A stretch of 64,000 bases of DNA from Minutocellus sp. GHC0000111 (GCA_977018835.1 OZ361256.1:6510001-6574000), one strand, 5' to 3'; shown: positions 32,608-46,406, numbered from the stretch's first letter. Program-made: numbers and translations. The notes: a model not told the origin generated them from the letters alone.

Positions 32608-33519
32608 AGGCCATCTGTCGAAGCAAGCCACTTGGCAGTGACTGTTCTTGTTGTTCAGACAAGTGACATCAAAATACATCGCAAAAAGAAATTGTCACAT
32701 ACCGGTACGTGTAAATGTGCATGTTCAAGGTACCGTTATGCATGCTCGCCTTGTCATAGGAATTACTAGTAGGGCTATTGCAAAAATGAATTCCGGAGGC
32801 CTCCACAATATATATGGTCCCCCCCGCAAGTCGGGGAAAACATGTTGTGCACAACCGTAGGAATTCCTACCTATTTAATTTGGGTTGGTTTGTCGTGAGT
32901 CAAGAGTGCCATTCGACCAAAGCCCTTTCTATTGTCGAATCGAGGAACACAACAATTTGACTCGATTGGGTTTAGTCGTTCCACAGTAGTAGCGGTTTTG
33001 CAAAAAATAAATGGATCACCACACACTCACATCATGAACTTTCCTGCACTCTAGCTGACCAAACAGCAATCAGTTGTGTGTGTGTGTGTGCGTGTGTGTG
33101 CGTGTGTGTATTACAAATCAGCAAAATATATTACAAATCAGCAACGAATGCCGCTAGCTAGTAGGAGTTAGATCTACGGTAGGTGATCGATGTAGATACA
33201 TGTATATATATATTACAAATCAGCAAAGAATGTCATTAGTAGGCGAGTTAGGTGATCGTTGGAACGAATCCTAACAGTCAAATCCCAGCGAACTATGTAT
33301 ATATTAAGAATCTATATCCATGTATCTGCCAGAAACTGCCATACAAGTTTTTCTGCTGATGATTGCATTCATAATTAGCGCCGTGTCAATTCTCTCTTTG
33401 CTGATAGGCTTTTCTTTCATCAAAGCAGACAATCAAGACCTCCTACATTTTACATTCCCTCCATTTCATCTCACAACAACCCGAAATCCAAGATGTGCCC
33501 ATCCTCCCAATCCTTCTGA

Positions 33520-33981
33520 TTAACGTTTGCGGAACGTAATGCGGCCACGAGTCAAATCGTACGGACTCAATTCGATGGTCACACTGTCTCCAACGAGGAT
33601 CTTCACAAAGTTCTTCCTAATCTTGCCGCTAATGGTTGCCAGCACCGGTTCCTGTGTCTCGGGAGCACCATCGATTGCGCAGCGGAACATGGCGTTGGGG
33701 AGACTCTCAATGACGGTTCCCTCAACCTCAATGACGTCGTCCTTCTTCTTCCTGACACGCTCGGTCTTATTCTTTCGTTCATTTCCCTGGGCCCGGGCAG
33801 CCTTCTTCCCGAATAAGGCCGTCTTTGATCGACCAGCGGCGGTGGTGGTACTGAAGGTGGTCGAGGCACCAGGCCGAACCGAATTTCTATGAACACCCAC
33901 ATTTCTCGGTGTGGAAAAGGCCTCGCCACAACCGACCAGGGCTAATACCAGTGTTATACAGAGCAAGATGAATGATCGCAT
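33520..33981 (-). CDS. infA: Plastid IF-1, copy 2
   Basis: Protein identical to copy 1. Confidence 0.95.
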   Translation of the reverse strand: MRSFILLCITLVLALVGCGEAFSTPRNVGVHRNSVRPGASTTFSTTTAAGRSKTALFGKKAARAQGNERKNKTERVRKKKDDVIEVEGTVIESLPNAMFRCAIDGAPETQEPVLATISGKIRKNFVKILVGDSVTIELSPYDLTRGRITFRKR

Positions 33982-34280
33982 GGCTATGGCTGGTCTGATT
34001 TCTCCTTCTGCTGTTTGTTTATTCAATTCAACGACAACTTGCTTCGTCGTTCTTTTGCTCGGCTTTGGCAATTGGCAGTGACGTTTGAAGCGGTTGGCGG
34101 CCAGACATAGATTGAGTGGACAGAAAGACGATGCCTTGGAGAGTGGATAATGATTACATGTGCTACTACCGGCGACCGGTAGGCCTACCTACTGTACCGG
34201 TAATAATTGATGACAAGGAAAAAAGCAGCACTTCTTCTCGGCTTCAAAGCTGCTGAACTGAATCTAGATCTAACACGATA

Positions 34281-35141
34281 TTATGAACGTTCTAGTTGGC
34301 TTGAGAGAGAATCAATCGCCATGTCTGTATCAGAATCAGAAGCAGGACCGCCGCCTTCACTTTGACTGGCAGTTCGAACATGCAAGAAATCACAGCGGTC
34401 TCCCCTTTCACAGCCCCCGTCCATCAAGTGAAACTTGCATGGAATGAGCGCTCTTGCCTTCTTTTGTCTTGCTTTTCTTGCTTTCTTCCTCTCCAATTGC
34501 CTTTGCTTACGCTCATCATAAGATTCATCGGCTTTTGTATCGACTGTACCTGGCTCGGATGTGTCGATCTTGGAGAATCTTTTACCACCTTTCCCGCGTC
34601 GGCCGCTCCTTGTCGCCCCTTGCCGACGACCTTTGCCATTACAAAAATTGTTCCCTTTTGCCGTATTCCCTCGGGGATGAAATCGAAACCAACGAGGAAA
34701 GAGATGAACGTCCATCAGATGCTGATGCCTAGCTCTCTCACATTCGAAAGACGATTTACATGCTGCAATCATGCAGCTGTACTTCGCCTTTTTCCGCTCC
34801 AATGCAGATGCAAAGTACGAATCATGAGCCTCACTTATATGCAAATCGAGCAAATGGTCGTTCGGCAATACGGCGCGGCATTGTCTACACTCCCGAGTGT
34901 GCGTATTGAAGTAGTGTGAGTCGCATTCTTCCAATGATTCAAACACCTGATGACAACCAAGAGCGGAACAAGGGTACGTTCTCCGCAACATTGTTTCCAA
35001 CGCAAAGGCTTCTTCGTGCTCCAGTGTATAGAAAAATACTTGAGTTAAGGTATCGCGCAGGGCAATCTCATTTCCCGCTGCAAAAAAAGGGTCATCAGGT
35101 CTGAGGCGACGCCTTTTCGCTGTTGCCATCGTCCCGACCAT
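34281..35141 (-). CDS. ZNF511-like zinc-finger protein, copy 2
   Basis: Protein identical to copy 1. Confidence 0.8.
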   Translation of the reverse strand: MVGTMATAKRRRLRPDDPFFAAGNEIALRDTLTQVFFYTLEHEEAFALETMLRRTYPCSALGCHQVFESLEECDSHYFNTHTRECRQCRAVLPNDHLLDLHISEAHDSYFASALERKKAKYSCMIAACKSSFECERARHQHLMDVHLFPRWFRFHPRGNTAKGNNFCNGKGRRQGATRSGRRGKGGKRFSKIDTSEPGTVDTKADESYDERKQRQLERKKARKARQKKARALIPCKFHLMDGGCERGDRCDFLHVRTASQSEGGGPASDSDTDMAIDSLSSQLERS

Positions 35142-36951
35142 TTCACCTGCGAAAGAATAAGTGGCAAGAATAGATGAAATAAGTAACATTGATGGCGCAA
35201 TCATTGCAAAATTCCTGCCTGGGTCTCGCTGTGTATTCATAGTGCAAAAATTCCTCAGAGAGAAGATATGTGTTTGGCATTGTGCGTCGAAGTGTAATTA
35301 TCCAATCCAGCGGAGAGTGGGTCGAGAGACTGCCGACCAGTAGAGCAGGAAAGGTGGTTCATTCGCAGTAGCGAGAGAAAGCGTGAAAGTCGCCTTCCAA
35401 GCCCCACATCGCCACACAACCCAGGAAAGCAGCATCTCTTCCCCCCAGCCCTGGAAGGGATCCCCGAACACCCTTCAAATCCCTGTGCAAGAATCTTCCT
35501 TTCTTCATCGGAATCGAATGAATCATCGAATCGATCGGTATTGCCGATAGGTGGTCTTGTATGAGCAACGTACCAGTATGCAAGTATGCACCTTGTGCTA
35601 TGCAACCGTGCCTCACTCGCCGCTGATTCGATTTTATGATATGCTGCGAAAAGCAATAAGATCAGCAGCAGCCGTAGCGATTTGCAGAAAGGCTGGAGAG
35701 AGAATATTGACCCACAACTGCCTACAAATTCCAAAACAAAATCAAGATGCATTAAGATATTTCTGGGTAGAAACGATCTATTCGATGTGGACATGCTGCA
35801 ATCAGCGCCAGATATACTGCGACTGCAAGAAGGGAGAATATCCAGATTTGCCAAGGGCCGACTTTGACATGCTGCGACTGCAGCAAGAAGCGAGAAGCAA
35901 TATCTGATAACAACATAATTTTATGAAATATACTATCGGCATTCTTTGCTGATTTGTAATATATAATCTTGATACTACATGTACTTTTTAAAACATTGAA
36001 TGAATTGTACATGTGTCTGTGTAAGAGCACATTTGAGCATTCGTTTCCTGATTCATTTCCTACGTGTACTACGTACCAAACATGGTTTGGATGTTCGGCG
36101 CTTCAGAAAGGTTCTCCCCCCTTCTTTTGGGAGTTTGATCGAAAAACCGCCCACCCCGCCCCACCGGCAACATTGGAACTCGGTTTGGTGGGATACATGT
36201 GTGCATCGGGATCGTGTCAGTTTGCGCATCCCCATTCTGGTTCCGATGATCTTTGAGCTTCTTCTTTTTCCGTAGCTTGTGTACCCTCGGATCGTGTCAG
36301 TTTGCGCATCCCAATTAATTCTGGTTCCGATGATCCTTGAGCTTCTTCTTTTTCCGTAGCTTGTGCATCCTCACCGTCATTCTTCGGTGCAGCAGACGGG
36401 TCTGGCCGCAGACCCACTGCTGCTGCCAATTCGGCAATCGTCGGCGCACCGGGCTTGTGCAGTCTCTCTTCCTTGTTTTGGCCCTGAGAATGTTCTCTTC
36501 CTCATCGCTATCATGGTCACTGCACTCTCCTCGTTCCCACCGCTCTTGCCTCTCCATGTCCTCCATGCGAATTCTGAATTCCATCTTGACATGACGGAAC
36601 TCTTTTCATCCTCCCTCAGCGTGGCCATGGCCCACTCCACACCCGGGCCGGATCGGGCGCTGGAGTACCAGCTGCTGCTGCAGCCGCCTTCGCCGCTGCC
36701 TGTTACAGATCGGCGACATGATTTGTCTTTTATCGAGGCGAGGGCAGAGGCAGAAACCAGGGTAGATGGGGTTTTCCGGGCAGATTGGTTACGAGCACAA
36801 TCTGCACGGAAATGTTTCCTGGCAGATGGGGGGCAAATCTGCGCAGATTTAGAACAGGGGGTAAAATCAGGGCAGATTGAGATGGGGCGAAAATTCAGGG
36901 CAGATTTTTTTCCACCACGCCACCACAAATCCCACCAGTTCAAGCAGTACG

Positions 36952-38040
36952 ATGGAGGAAGAGCTGTTGCATGAACATGAAGATGAGCCTATTGGCATCG
37001 CGGATGCCATGATCCGCCGCGGGGATCACCTGCGAATGCTCAGGATGATGGCTGAGCAGGACGAGGCAGAGAGAGCACTTGCAGTCAACGATGATGATGC
37101 AGAAGGTGATCATTCGGGCGGCGGCTGCTCCTCCTCCTCACTACCGCTCGAGCAAGACGAGTACGAAGTCTTGCCAAATTCATCAGGGGGGTCAAACATT
37201 TTGCATTACAATTCTTATTTGAGACATCAGCGCTATTACGATGATCTGAAACATGTAGATTATCACTACATCGACTATGGTGACATTCGTTCAAGCGGAC
37301 GACATGATGCGGGAAATAAAGCCGGTGGGCATCTCGTCATAAGGCAGCAGAAAAGTCTGGGGAAAGGTGGGATATGTTGGGATGCAGCATTCATCTTGGC
37401 AGAACATTTGATTGCGTGCCAGGAAGAATGGAAAATGGAGAAACGGGGTCTGGATCAGAATAGCGATGGCAGCAACGCACCACAAACCACCCTCTGCGAA
37501 TTGGGCGCTGGAACAGGCCTGTCAGGCTTCATGGTTGCGAAAGCGTGTGTTCAATCTCACGTATTCGTTACTGATTTACCTGAACTATTGGACTTGATGA
37601 AAGAAAATTATGAGATGAACTTTGTCGTTGGAAAATGCGATGGTTCTGGTGGAACAGAGGCCGAGGAGGGAAACTCTCTCCTTCGACAAAAGTTTGGCAG
37701 CGAACTTTCCAAGTCGCAAGGGACTGCAGAAGCCAAAGTACTTCGTTGGGGAGTTTAATCCGATTACGAAGGGGCACCTTTCGACGTTGTCTTCGGCGCA
37801 GATGTAGTCGCTTCCCTATATGATCCTATTGCTCTGGCCAACACGTTTTATAATCTATGTGGGCCCGAGAGCAAGGTCTATTTGAGCTACAAAGGCCGGC
37901 TAGATGAGCCACATCTATTATTTGAAGCCGAACTCAAACGTCTTTTTAGTAGGGTGGAGAGGATTGAACCTCCAAATATCCATAGTCGAAATAAGAATCC
38001 AGGTGTTTGCATATTAAAGGCGTGGGGTAAGATTGAATGA
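36952..38040 (+). pseudogene. METTL21-like methyltransferase with in-frame TAA (37756-37758), copy 2
   Basis: As copy 1, plus K/N and Y/D differences. Confidence 0.85.
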
Positions 38041-38150
38041 CGCTATTATGTGAACAGCTAATGTGGCCTACGTACCTCCTAGGTACTTAGGAAACCTCAA
38101 TAATATCATACATAGCGCGAGAGTATGGCAATGGCTTAGAATTTTATCTT

Positions 38151-41100
38151 TTAGAAGAGAGACGACAATTTCTTCAATGCCGTTGAAATACTAAAAATGA
38201 ATGCTGTGAACATAGCCAAATTTTTGTGGCCGAAAAATTGTCCGAGCTTCCATAAGATCGTGAGGCAAATGAGATTTCTGTAGTCCGCGAGTGGTCGTAG
38301 ATTGATTCGAAACCTAACATTCTTTTGGTCTTCTCCCTGTTGAAAGTGTTTGAGTACCAACGCCGCCGTATCTGAAACATCTGATGGCGACAAGACCTCT
38401 CCAGACTCGTGCTTTGGGACGATGTTGAGCCCTGGAACGGCTTCGTCGAGGCGAGTGTTCATCCAATCCGATGCCCAGACGGTCCACGTAACGAGGAATG
38501 GGATCTCGTAACTCTTGATCCTGGAGTACATAGGATCGCCGAGATACGCAACCTCCATAGCGTTGCACTTACGAGCACCTGTGAGGATTTGCTGTCGACC
38601 GGTTCCGGTAAGGAGTCCTCCATGGACTCTCTCAGGCTGGTACTCATATTCCTTTGCCGAGAAAAGAATAGATGAAGCTCCGCTTTTGGACCCCTTCTTC
38701 TCTCCAGGCAATACAACATAGTCAGCTGGAAGACTGGCAATCACACGAGCCTGTGCAAGGAGCTTCTCAAGAGCAGCCTCATCGCCTCTTGTACCTTGTC
38801 CAAAGAGGCCCTCAAGCTTCTGCTCGATCCTATCGAGGAAATCCTGCTCGCGTATTTTCTTTTGGTGCTGAAGGGAAATCTCCTCCAAAGCATTGTGCAT
38901 GTCTTGCATACAGGACGACAGCGATAGACCCTCCCGACCGATGGGAGGGCAAAATGCGCCCAAGTTTCGCTCGTGCTGGGCTACCATCTCACTCAATGGA
39001 TTATTTCCAGCCTCTCGCGCCAGAAGTCGATCAATTACCCGAACAACTTCAGGTGTGAACACTCGAAAGACTCGCTGCATATGCGACAAAGTCTTTGCGA
39101 ATTCGTTGGATGAAAAGTCTAGCTCTCTTGCTCTTCGCAAGAAGATCGCCAAAGGAACCGCGTAGAGGTAAAGGTTGGCTGCAATGTACGGCTCCCACGC
39201 ACTAGTATATGTGCTGGGTGCCGTTGCCTTGGGGATTGTAATCGAGGAAGTGTAAGTATCAAATTTGCTGCTTTGGCCGCCGAGCGATTGGACTGTATCG
39301 GTTAGGAATTTCTTTGCTTTGGTCGGTGACGTGAGATTACTTGTCATCGGACGATTCTTGCGCACACTGCAATTCCAAGGCTCAAGCCAGACCAACCAAG
39401 CATTCATAGCAGAGAAGAAGGCCGAGTTCGACACATGCACTGGGGAGTGTCGTAGGTTCATTCTGACATAGTTGTAGAATGGTGTCTGCGCCATGGTCAG
39501 GGCGGGGGTGAGACACCAGCCACCAGCATCGTCAAGACGAGCTTGTTGTGCCGGCGAAGGCATGCCAGCAGCTTTGGAACCGAGGTGAATAATACTGCCG
39601 ACGCCTCTTCTTTGAGACGCAAATGCTGCCTCTCCTCCAACGGCGTTGCCAATGGCAGGGTCAGAGACTATGTGATTGACCAAAAGCCTGGTACCACGCC
39701 GAACAAGCGAGGATGGCTCTTGATATGCCGCAGACGAGCCCCACCCGAGGTCGGCAAGTTCCGACGACATGTCAAGCCCTACTGCCAACGTCCCTGGTAG
39801 CGGCGTCGATGGCGTCATGGGCATGCCAAATGGAGACGAGCCCGCTCCTCCTCCTCCTCGGCTATTCGATAGACGTTTCATGGCGTCAGCCGTCCGGGGC
39901 GCCGAGGCACCGGCCGCGCCTCCGTCAAGCCAAATCTCCAGCACCAGACGGAGAAAGAATTCAGCATCACGCTCCAGATCGGCAAAGCTTCGGACCGGTG
40001 GTCGCGGCACTCTCTTACCATGCGATGAGGAGGATGCCGCTGCTGCCGCTGAGAGGAGATTCTGTGGCGGCATCATGGGCTGCATGTGGGGCAAATATCG
40101 CTTGGCATAGGACTGAAACAAATGCAGATATATCTGCTCACCATACGGACCCCTCGATGAATACGAGTGCCGATTGACGCCGCTAATGCCCAGATTGTAT
40201 GGTGTCGAAGATGACGCGGAAACTGTCGAGGGTGTCCTACTAGTGCCAGAAGTAGTAGAAGTGGAAGGCCGAGAAGTGACGGAAGTTCCGGCGACCGTGG
40301 TTGTGGGAGTAGAAGAGGTGCCATTGTTGGTTGTAGAAGCAGGTGGTGGTGCGGCGGCCTGGCTGGACTGTCCACTGGCAGCAAACCTCACAAAGTAAAG
40401 GAGATCATATTCCAACATGGACAGGCTGAGAACTGCTCTGGCATCGGCCGAGAGGGGCAGTACGGCAGCGGCCGTCATCGCCGCACCACCCGAGGAGGCA
40501 GAGGCACCTGGACTAGCACCACCCAAAGGACTGAAGCCTCCTGGTCGCTGGACGGCACCACCACCCCGATGCTGCTGCTGCAGCTTCTGCTGCGCCACCT
40601 GCAGCTGCCTCTGGAGGGCATACCGCAGATCGGCCTGCTCCGACGCCGGGACGCGAAGGACGGATCCCCACAACCGTGCGGCATTGGGCCGAACATTGGT
40701 GGTGGGGACAGCGTCGAGCAGGAGCGAGACCAACGCCATTTGCGTCGGCCGGGGCAGGGCCCGAAAGTCGAAGGAAAAACGCACGCCAGGACGGTGGACC
40801 GATTCGTCCGATATGGCATCGAGCAGCGTGGGCTGCCGGGGCATTCGGCTCGTCTGACCGATGGGACCGGAAGTACCACCAGGTCCGCCAGCACCGCTCT
40901 TTCCAGTCAGCAGCTGAACGACCGGGTCATTGTCCAGTGATGACATGGCCGATCCCGAACCAGAACCCGATCCATTAACGCTGGAGGCAACAGAGGCCGT
41001 ACGAGATACACCAGCAGGCCTGCCCGGTGCGGACGATCCGCCGATACCACCACCGCCAACCGACGATCCTCTCAGACCGCCTGGACTCCGTCCCGCTGAG

Positions 41101-41360
41101 CCTCTACCGGCGGCGCCTCCTCCACCGCTCCCGTAGCTCGACCACCTCTCCTTCCGCCCGAGCCAACCACCGGGCTCATGCCGGCACTGGTCGGCGAGGT
41201 TGAGCTCGCCGACGATGCGACTGACCAGGAGGGGGAAGAGGCGGAGGAACCGAGCCTCGGCGGCCGTCCCACCCAGAGGCAGCTCATCCCGAAGGAAGGC
41301 CAGGAGGGCCAAAGCCGCCTCCGTCGGGGGATATGTCGGTGATGTGAGGGCTTCCTCCAT
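38151..41360 (-). CDS. SMPD4: SMPD4-like, copy 2
   Basis: As copy 1 except LEYY>LEYD. Confidence 0.75.
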   Translation of the reverse strand: MEEALTSPTYPPTEAALALLAFLRDELPLGGTAAEARFLRLFPLLVSRIVGELNLADQCRHEPGGWLGRKERWSSYGSGGGGAAGRGSAGRSPGGLRGSSVGGGGIGGSSAPGRPAGVSRTASVASSVNGSGSGSGSAMSSLDNDPVVQLLTGKSGAGGPGGTSGPIGQTSRMPRQPTLLDAISDESVHRPGVRFSFDFRALPRPTQMALVSLLLDAVPTTNVRPNAARLWGSVLRVPASEQADLRYALQRQLQVAQQKLQQQHRGGGAVQRPGGFSPLGGASPGASASSGGAAMTAAAVLPLSADARAVLSLSMLEYDLLYFVRFAASGQSSQAAAPPPASTTNNGTSSTPTTTVAGTSVTSRPSTSTTSGTSRTPSTVSASSSTPYNLGISGVNRHSYSSRGPYGEQIYLHLFQSYAKRYLPHMQPMMPPQNLLSAAAAASSSSHGKRVPRPPVRSFADLERDAEFFLRLVLEIWLDGGAAGASAPRTADAMKRLSNSRGGGGAGSSPFGMPMTPSTPLPGTLAVGLDMSSELADLGWGSSAAYQEPSSLVRRGTRLLVNHIVSDPAIGNAVGGEAAFASQRRGVGSIIHLGSKAAGMPSPAQQARLDDAGGWCLTPALTMAQTPFYNYVRMNLRHSPVHVSNSAFFSAMNAWLVWLEPWNCSVRKNRPMTSNLTSPTKAKKFLTDTVQSLGGQSSKFDTYTSSITIPKATAPSTYTSAWEPYIAANLYLYAVPLAIFLRRARELDFSSNEFAKTLSHMQRVFRVFTPEVVRVIDRLLAREAGNNPLSEMVAQHERNLGAFCPPIGREGLSLSSCMQDMHNALEEISLQHQKKIREQDFLDRIEQKLEGLFGQGTRGDEAALEKLLAQARVIASLPADYVVLPGEKKGSKSGASSILFSAKEYEYQPERVHGGLLTGTGRQQILTGARKCNAMEVAYLGDPMYSRIKSYEIPFLVTWTVWASDWMNTRLDEAVPGLNIVPKHESGEVLSPSDVSDTAALVLKHFQQGEDQKNVRFRINLRPLADYRNLICLTILWKLGQFFGHKNLAMFTAFIFSISTALKKLSSLF

Positions 41361-41992
41361 TTATTTACTTGGATTGAGGTCTGGTTGGTGCCGCTTTGTT
41401 TGGCGACGGATGAGGCTTGCGCAAATATTATTTTGTGATGCAATGGGCTCTGTGCGTGCGATTTTTGGATTTTGATGCAAAACGCTCTCTTGAAAGACCA
41501 AACGTGAAGATGCTCCTGCGAAGAATAAGTGTGTTCTCTTATTATAACGCTAAAACAGAGGGGGCAGTCGCGTACGCGATTTGGATACGGCGCAATCGGC
41601 AATACAAGATGTGTGGTTGCTGGCCTGCTGCTGCTGCTGCCACGCCGCTGGCGATGGCCCTTGGGCCTTTTTAGCTTTGCGAGCGGCGTACGTACGTAGG
41701 GCCTGGCTTGGCCCTTGAAGACCGACACCACTTTGACGTCGCAGAAACTTGCATTATAGCTGTCAATTTCGTCGGTTCGCCTTGCTTGGGAATTCCTACA
41801 TGTACCTGGTACATGTACAATGTACATGTACATGTAGCTAGCTAGAGATCTACTACTGGTAGATCTAGATAGATCTCAAGGGAAGCTATGTTAGAAGGAA
41901 GTTTAATCCTACGTAGAGTCTAGCTAGCTAGGAATCCTACCACATGATATGCACCGGTAGATCTAGCAAGGGAGACCTACCGGCGGTACATG

Positions 41993-42401
41993 TACCCTAA
42001 TCATCATAGAAAACCTATGACCATTTTGAAAACCTATGAGCTTTTTTGGAGCCGCCTCAAAATCTATGAGCTTTTTTTCATGCAAAACCTATGCCAAAAA
42101 TGGCCTAAGTTGTTAGTTTTCATTGTCAAAACCCAAGTTTTTCTGCCTCTGGGCGCTAGATTTTTCCAAATTTTTGCAGCAAAACCAAATGAAGGGGAAC
42201 TTAACTGTCTTGTTGTTACACGCACCCTTAAATCTATGCCACAAACATGCACATGCAGTGATGGCAGTTTTAGCGCCGGCAAACAATAGTGAAAACCTAT
42301 GCCAAAAAGAAAACCTATGAGCTTTTTTGGAGCCGCCTCAGAACCTATGAGGTTCTCAGACTCAAAACCTATCTCATAGGTTTTCTATGATAATTAGGGT
42401 A
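41993..42401. mobile_element. CCCTAA-end MITE, copy 2
   Basis: As 27252..27660. Confidence 0.85.
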
Positions 42402-42434
42402 TCGACCAAATGTGTGGTAAAATGAAAAGAGACA

Positions 42435-44498
42435 TCACCTTCTCCCAGAACCACCAGACCTTCTGCCCTTCTTGCCTTTCTTGCCCGATCTGCCATTCTT
42501 GGTTGGGACGGAGGTGGTGCCGAATATTTGTGCCTCACTTAGTTCCCCATCGGCCTTGATCTGATCCCTCATGCGAATGTTTGCGGTTAGGTCAGCTACT
42601 TGCTGCTCCAGCTCTTCTACCTGTGCCTGTGCTTCGTCCTGCTCGGCCTTGCCTTCTTCCTTGATCTTCTCCAATAACTTCTTCGATACCGCCTGTTCTC
42701 TCAATAATTTCTGAGATGTTGCTCGAAGTCCAGCCTCCTCACTTTGTGCGTCTAGCAGCTCCCTGCTCAATTTGTCAGCATCTCTTCGTAGCTCTGCAAT
42801 GTCTCTTCGCAAACCTTCCACATGCGATGCCTCATCCTCTGTCATCTTCTCATAATCGACCCGTTGTGCAGTTAGTGCAGCAATCAGGGTGGTAATTTCT
42901 CCCTCGTAATGTTGTGCTTGATCTTCTAGAGCACTTTGCAATAAAGCTTCGTATTCCTCGCCAACCATCGTCGCCTTCTTCGGGGATGGGTCGTAGTATT
43001 GCTGACGAATGGACCCAAGTCGACCGCATGAGGGAGCACCCTCTGCCCATTCGCCACCTCCACCCGAAATGAAGGAGCCATTCATATTGTCAAGATCCAA
43101 GTCCTCCATCTTTGGAAAACCCTCTTCATCCTTCCGTGGAGGGAGTGAATCCGCACGAAGATATGGTGGATCTGGCGCCGCCATCGCGTTGGATGATCCG
43201 TGTTGGCCCTTGCCCAACCGAAGCTGCATCGACGAGCAATTCAACAGATCGCTGCGCTGGACGAATTCTCCCCCACCCGCGGCGGAATAGTCCCATATCC
43301 TCTGCGTTACGAGCTCCAGTGAGTAGGGGTGGCCAGTCTCGTCGTTGTGCTGCTTTGCGTGACCGTGAGAATATCGGCCGCAACCAATCACACCGCAGGT
43401 GAGGCAAACCCACAACGTTTGGTCCATCCCACACCTGTAGCAGCCCTTGTGAACACTAACATCACTTGATATTGAGGAAAGTCCGCCGCTCATTCCATCT
43501 AATGGCGGCCTCCACTGCTCCCAGATGACCCGACATGCCTTGCAGTACGATGGATCCTGCCACGGAGTCAAAAAACGCATGTTGAGACAGGACCCAACGC
43601 TAACGTCGCTGCTGGTGCAGAATTGCGAACACACCTCGTGGGACCTACGACTTGGCCATCCCAGTCGATGTGGATCTATCCGATGCAAACATACTGGGCA
43701 AGATGGAATTTCCAGTCCATCGTTTGGAAGGTTACTAGATCTAGTATTCGCTGTAGGTGATTGCTTGTTGCCGCTGCCAAATGATGAGAACGATATCGTC
43801 GAAATGGGAAGAACCTTGATGACGGAATTGTATGCCCTATCCATGGCCTGACCGTGTACTTCGTTAATGAGAAGCGACAATAAGTCCAACCCCTCTCTTT
43901 GTGGTATCTCAATCACCACCAGATCTGTGATGTTGTTGTTGTTGCTGTTGTTGATGCTATTGGTGTCATGATGATTATCATCGTTCCTCCTTTGAGTTGA
44001 TATAATTCCTCTGATTGCAAGTCCTGAACCCGAAAGCGATGCATGTATCCGTGGCAGTACGTCCTCTGAACTTATGGCATCGCTTTGGAACCTATGTGCG
44101 CAACGCTGTTCTCCCTGGGTGGGTGGTATGGGCAGCTCTTCAATGAGAAACGATGGAACGAATATTCCCACCATTTGTGATGGCGGCGATGGCGGTGAAG
44201 ATGACGAGGAAGACGGTGGCTTGCCGCCAGAAGAAGCAGCGCTCTTTGCGGGTTCATAAGATAGACGCAATCTCTCCGCTGAAACCAAAAAGGGTGTGAG
44301 CCTCCTGCCGTCGGTGTTATCACCAAAGCTGGAGCGGGCAAATTCCGCAGTGAGAGACGAGGCGCACGTGCAGGAGCCGTCATGCGCATGAGCGTCGTGA
44401 GAGGGAGCAGCGTGTTCATCATGTGCTTGGTCGGCAACGGAGGTTGTTCCGACGCTGGAATCACAGCATGCAAGGTCAATGCTGATGGCAAACGGCAT
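42435..44498 (-). CDS. BRAP2/ETP1-like, copy 2
   Basis: Protein identical to copy 1. Confidence 0.85.
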   Translation of the reverse strand: MPFAISIDLACCDSSVGTTSVADQAHDEHAAPSHDAHAHDGSCTCASSLTAEFARSSFGDNTDGRRLTPFLVSAERLRLSYEPAKSAASSGGKPPSSSSSSPPSPPSQMVGIFVPSFLIEELPIPPTQGEQRCAHRFQSDAISSEDVLPRIHASLSGSGLAIRGIISTQRRNDDNHHDTNSINNSNNNNITDLVVIEIPQREGLDLLSLLINEVHGQAMDRAYNSVIKVLPISTISFSSFGSGNKQSPTANTRSSNLPNDGLEIPSCPVCLHRIDPHRLGWPSRRSHEVCSQFCTSSDVSVGSCLNMRFLTPWQDPSYCKACRVIWEQWRPPLDGMSGGLSSISSDVSVHKGCYRCGMDQTLWVCLTCGVIGCGRYSHGHAKQHNDETGHPYSLELVTQRIWDYSAAGGGEFVQRSDLLNCSSMQLRLGKGQHGSSNAMAAPDPPYLRADSLPPRKDEEGFPKMEDLDLDNMNGSFISGGGGEWAEGAPSCGRLGSIRQQYYDPSPKKATMVGEEYEALLQSALEDQAQHYEGEITTLIAALTAQRVDYEKMTEDEASHVEGLRRDIAELRRDADKLSRELLDAQSEEAGLRATSQKLLREQAVSKKLLEKIKEEGKAEQDEAQAQVEELEQQVADLTANIRMRDQIKADGELSEAQIFGTTSVPTKNGRSGKKGKKGRRSGGSGRR

Positions 44499-44857
44499 AG
44501 CGTTGAGGCATAATAGGTGCTGATTGGGCTTTTACGAGTACTAGTAGGTGCGAGCGGAAGGTGGCCGTCCGGTCCGTTCACATCGCTTCATCTCTCATTT
44601 GACGAGATGTGACTTGCTAGCAATCGAGTTTTTAGACAGGTACGTGCATCCGGGTTTCCAAGCAGCTTGTAAAAATCTTGCGCGCGTCTTCACAAGAAAG
44701 CTCACAATTTTTTTCGAGATCTCGAAGCAAAGCAAAAACGGTGAGTCACAACCATGGTGGTGCTGTATTCCCTCTCGATCCGACCGGTCTCCGACCCCCC
44801 GCAACCCCCAAGATCCCTCCGGATGGTCCCCAAGGAACGTTGGGTGGCCGCGGATGA

Positions 44858-46039
<1,182 letters not shown>

Positions 46040-46214
46040 GGTGCTTGTGAGTGTCAGGATATTTCATTGCTGATGGGGGCAGGTCTCCGCGAACACCTCT
46101 CCACCGGGTTTTTGGTGGTTCACCAACGGCAATAGAAGTCCCTCGTAACGATAAGCCCGATTGATTGATCTATGTTTTACATATGTGTTAGAATCTTGCC
46201 TTTTCATTGTTGCC

Positions 46215-46406
46215 TAGGAAGGGGGGTATTCCCCGAGTGATAATTCGCCAGACGAGGTGATAAATCGGATGAACCAGATTTCTGCGAAAAAACTAAGACT
46301 GGCACAGAGAGTGGCCGACTTCACAGAAAAATAAACCATCCGCCTGGTTCATCCGATTTATCACCAGGGGGGGCGAATTATCAGCAGGGGAATGCTCCCC
46401 TTCCTA
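46215..46406. mobile_element. GGAAGGG-end MITE, copy 2
   Basis: As 31474..31665. Confidence 0.85.
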
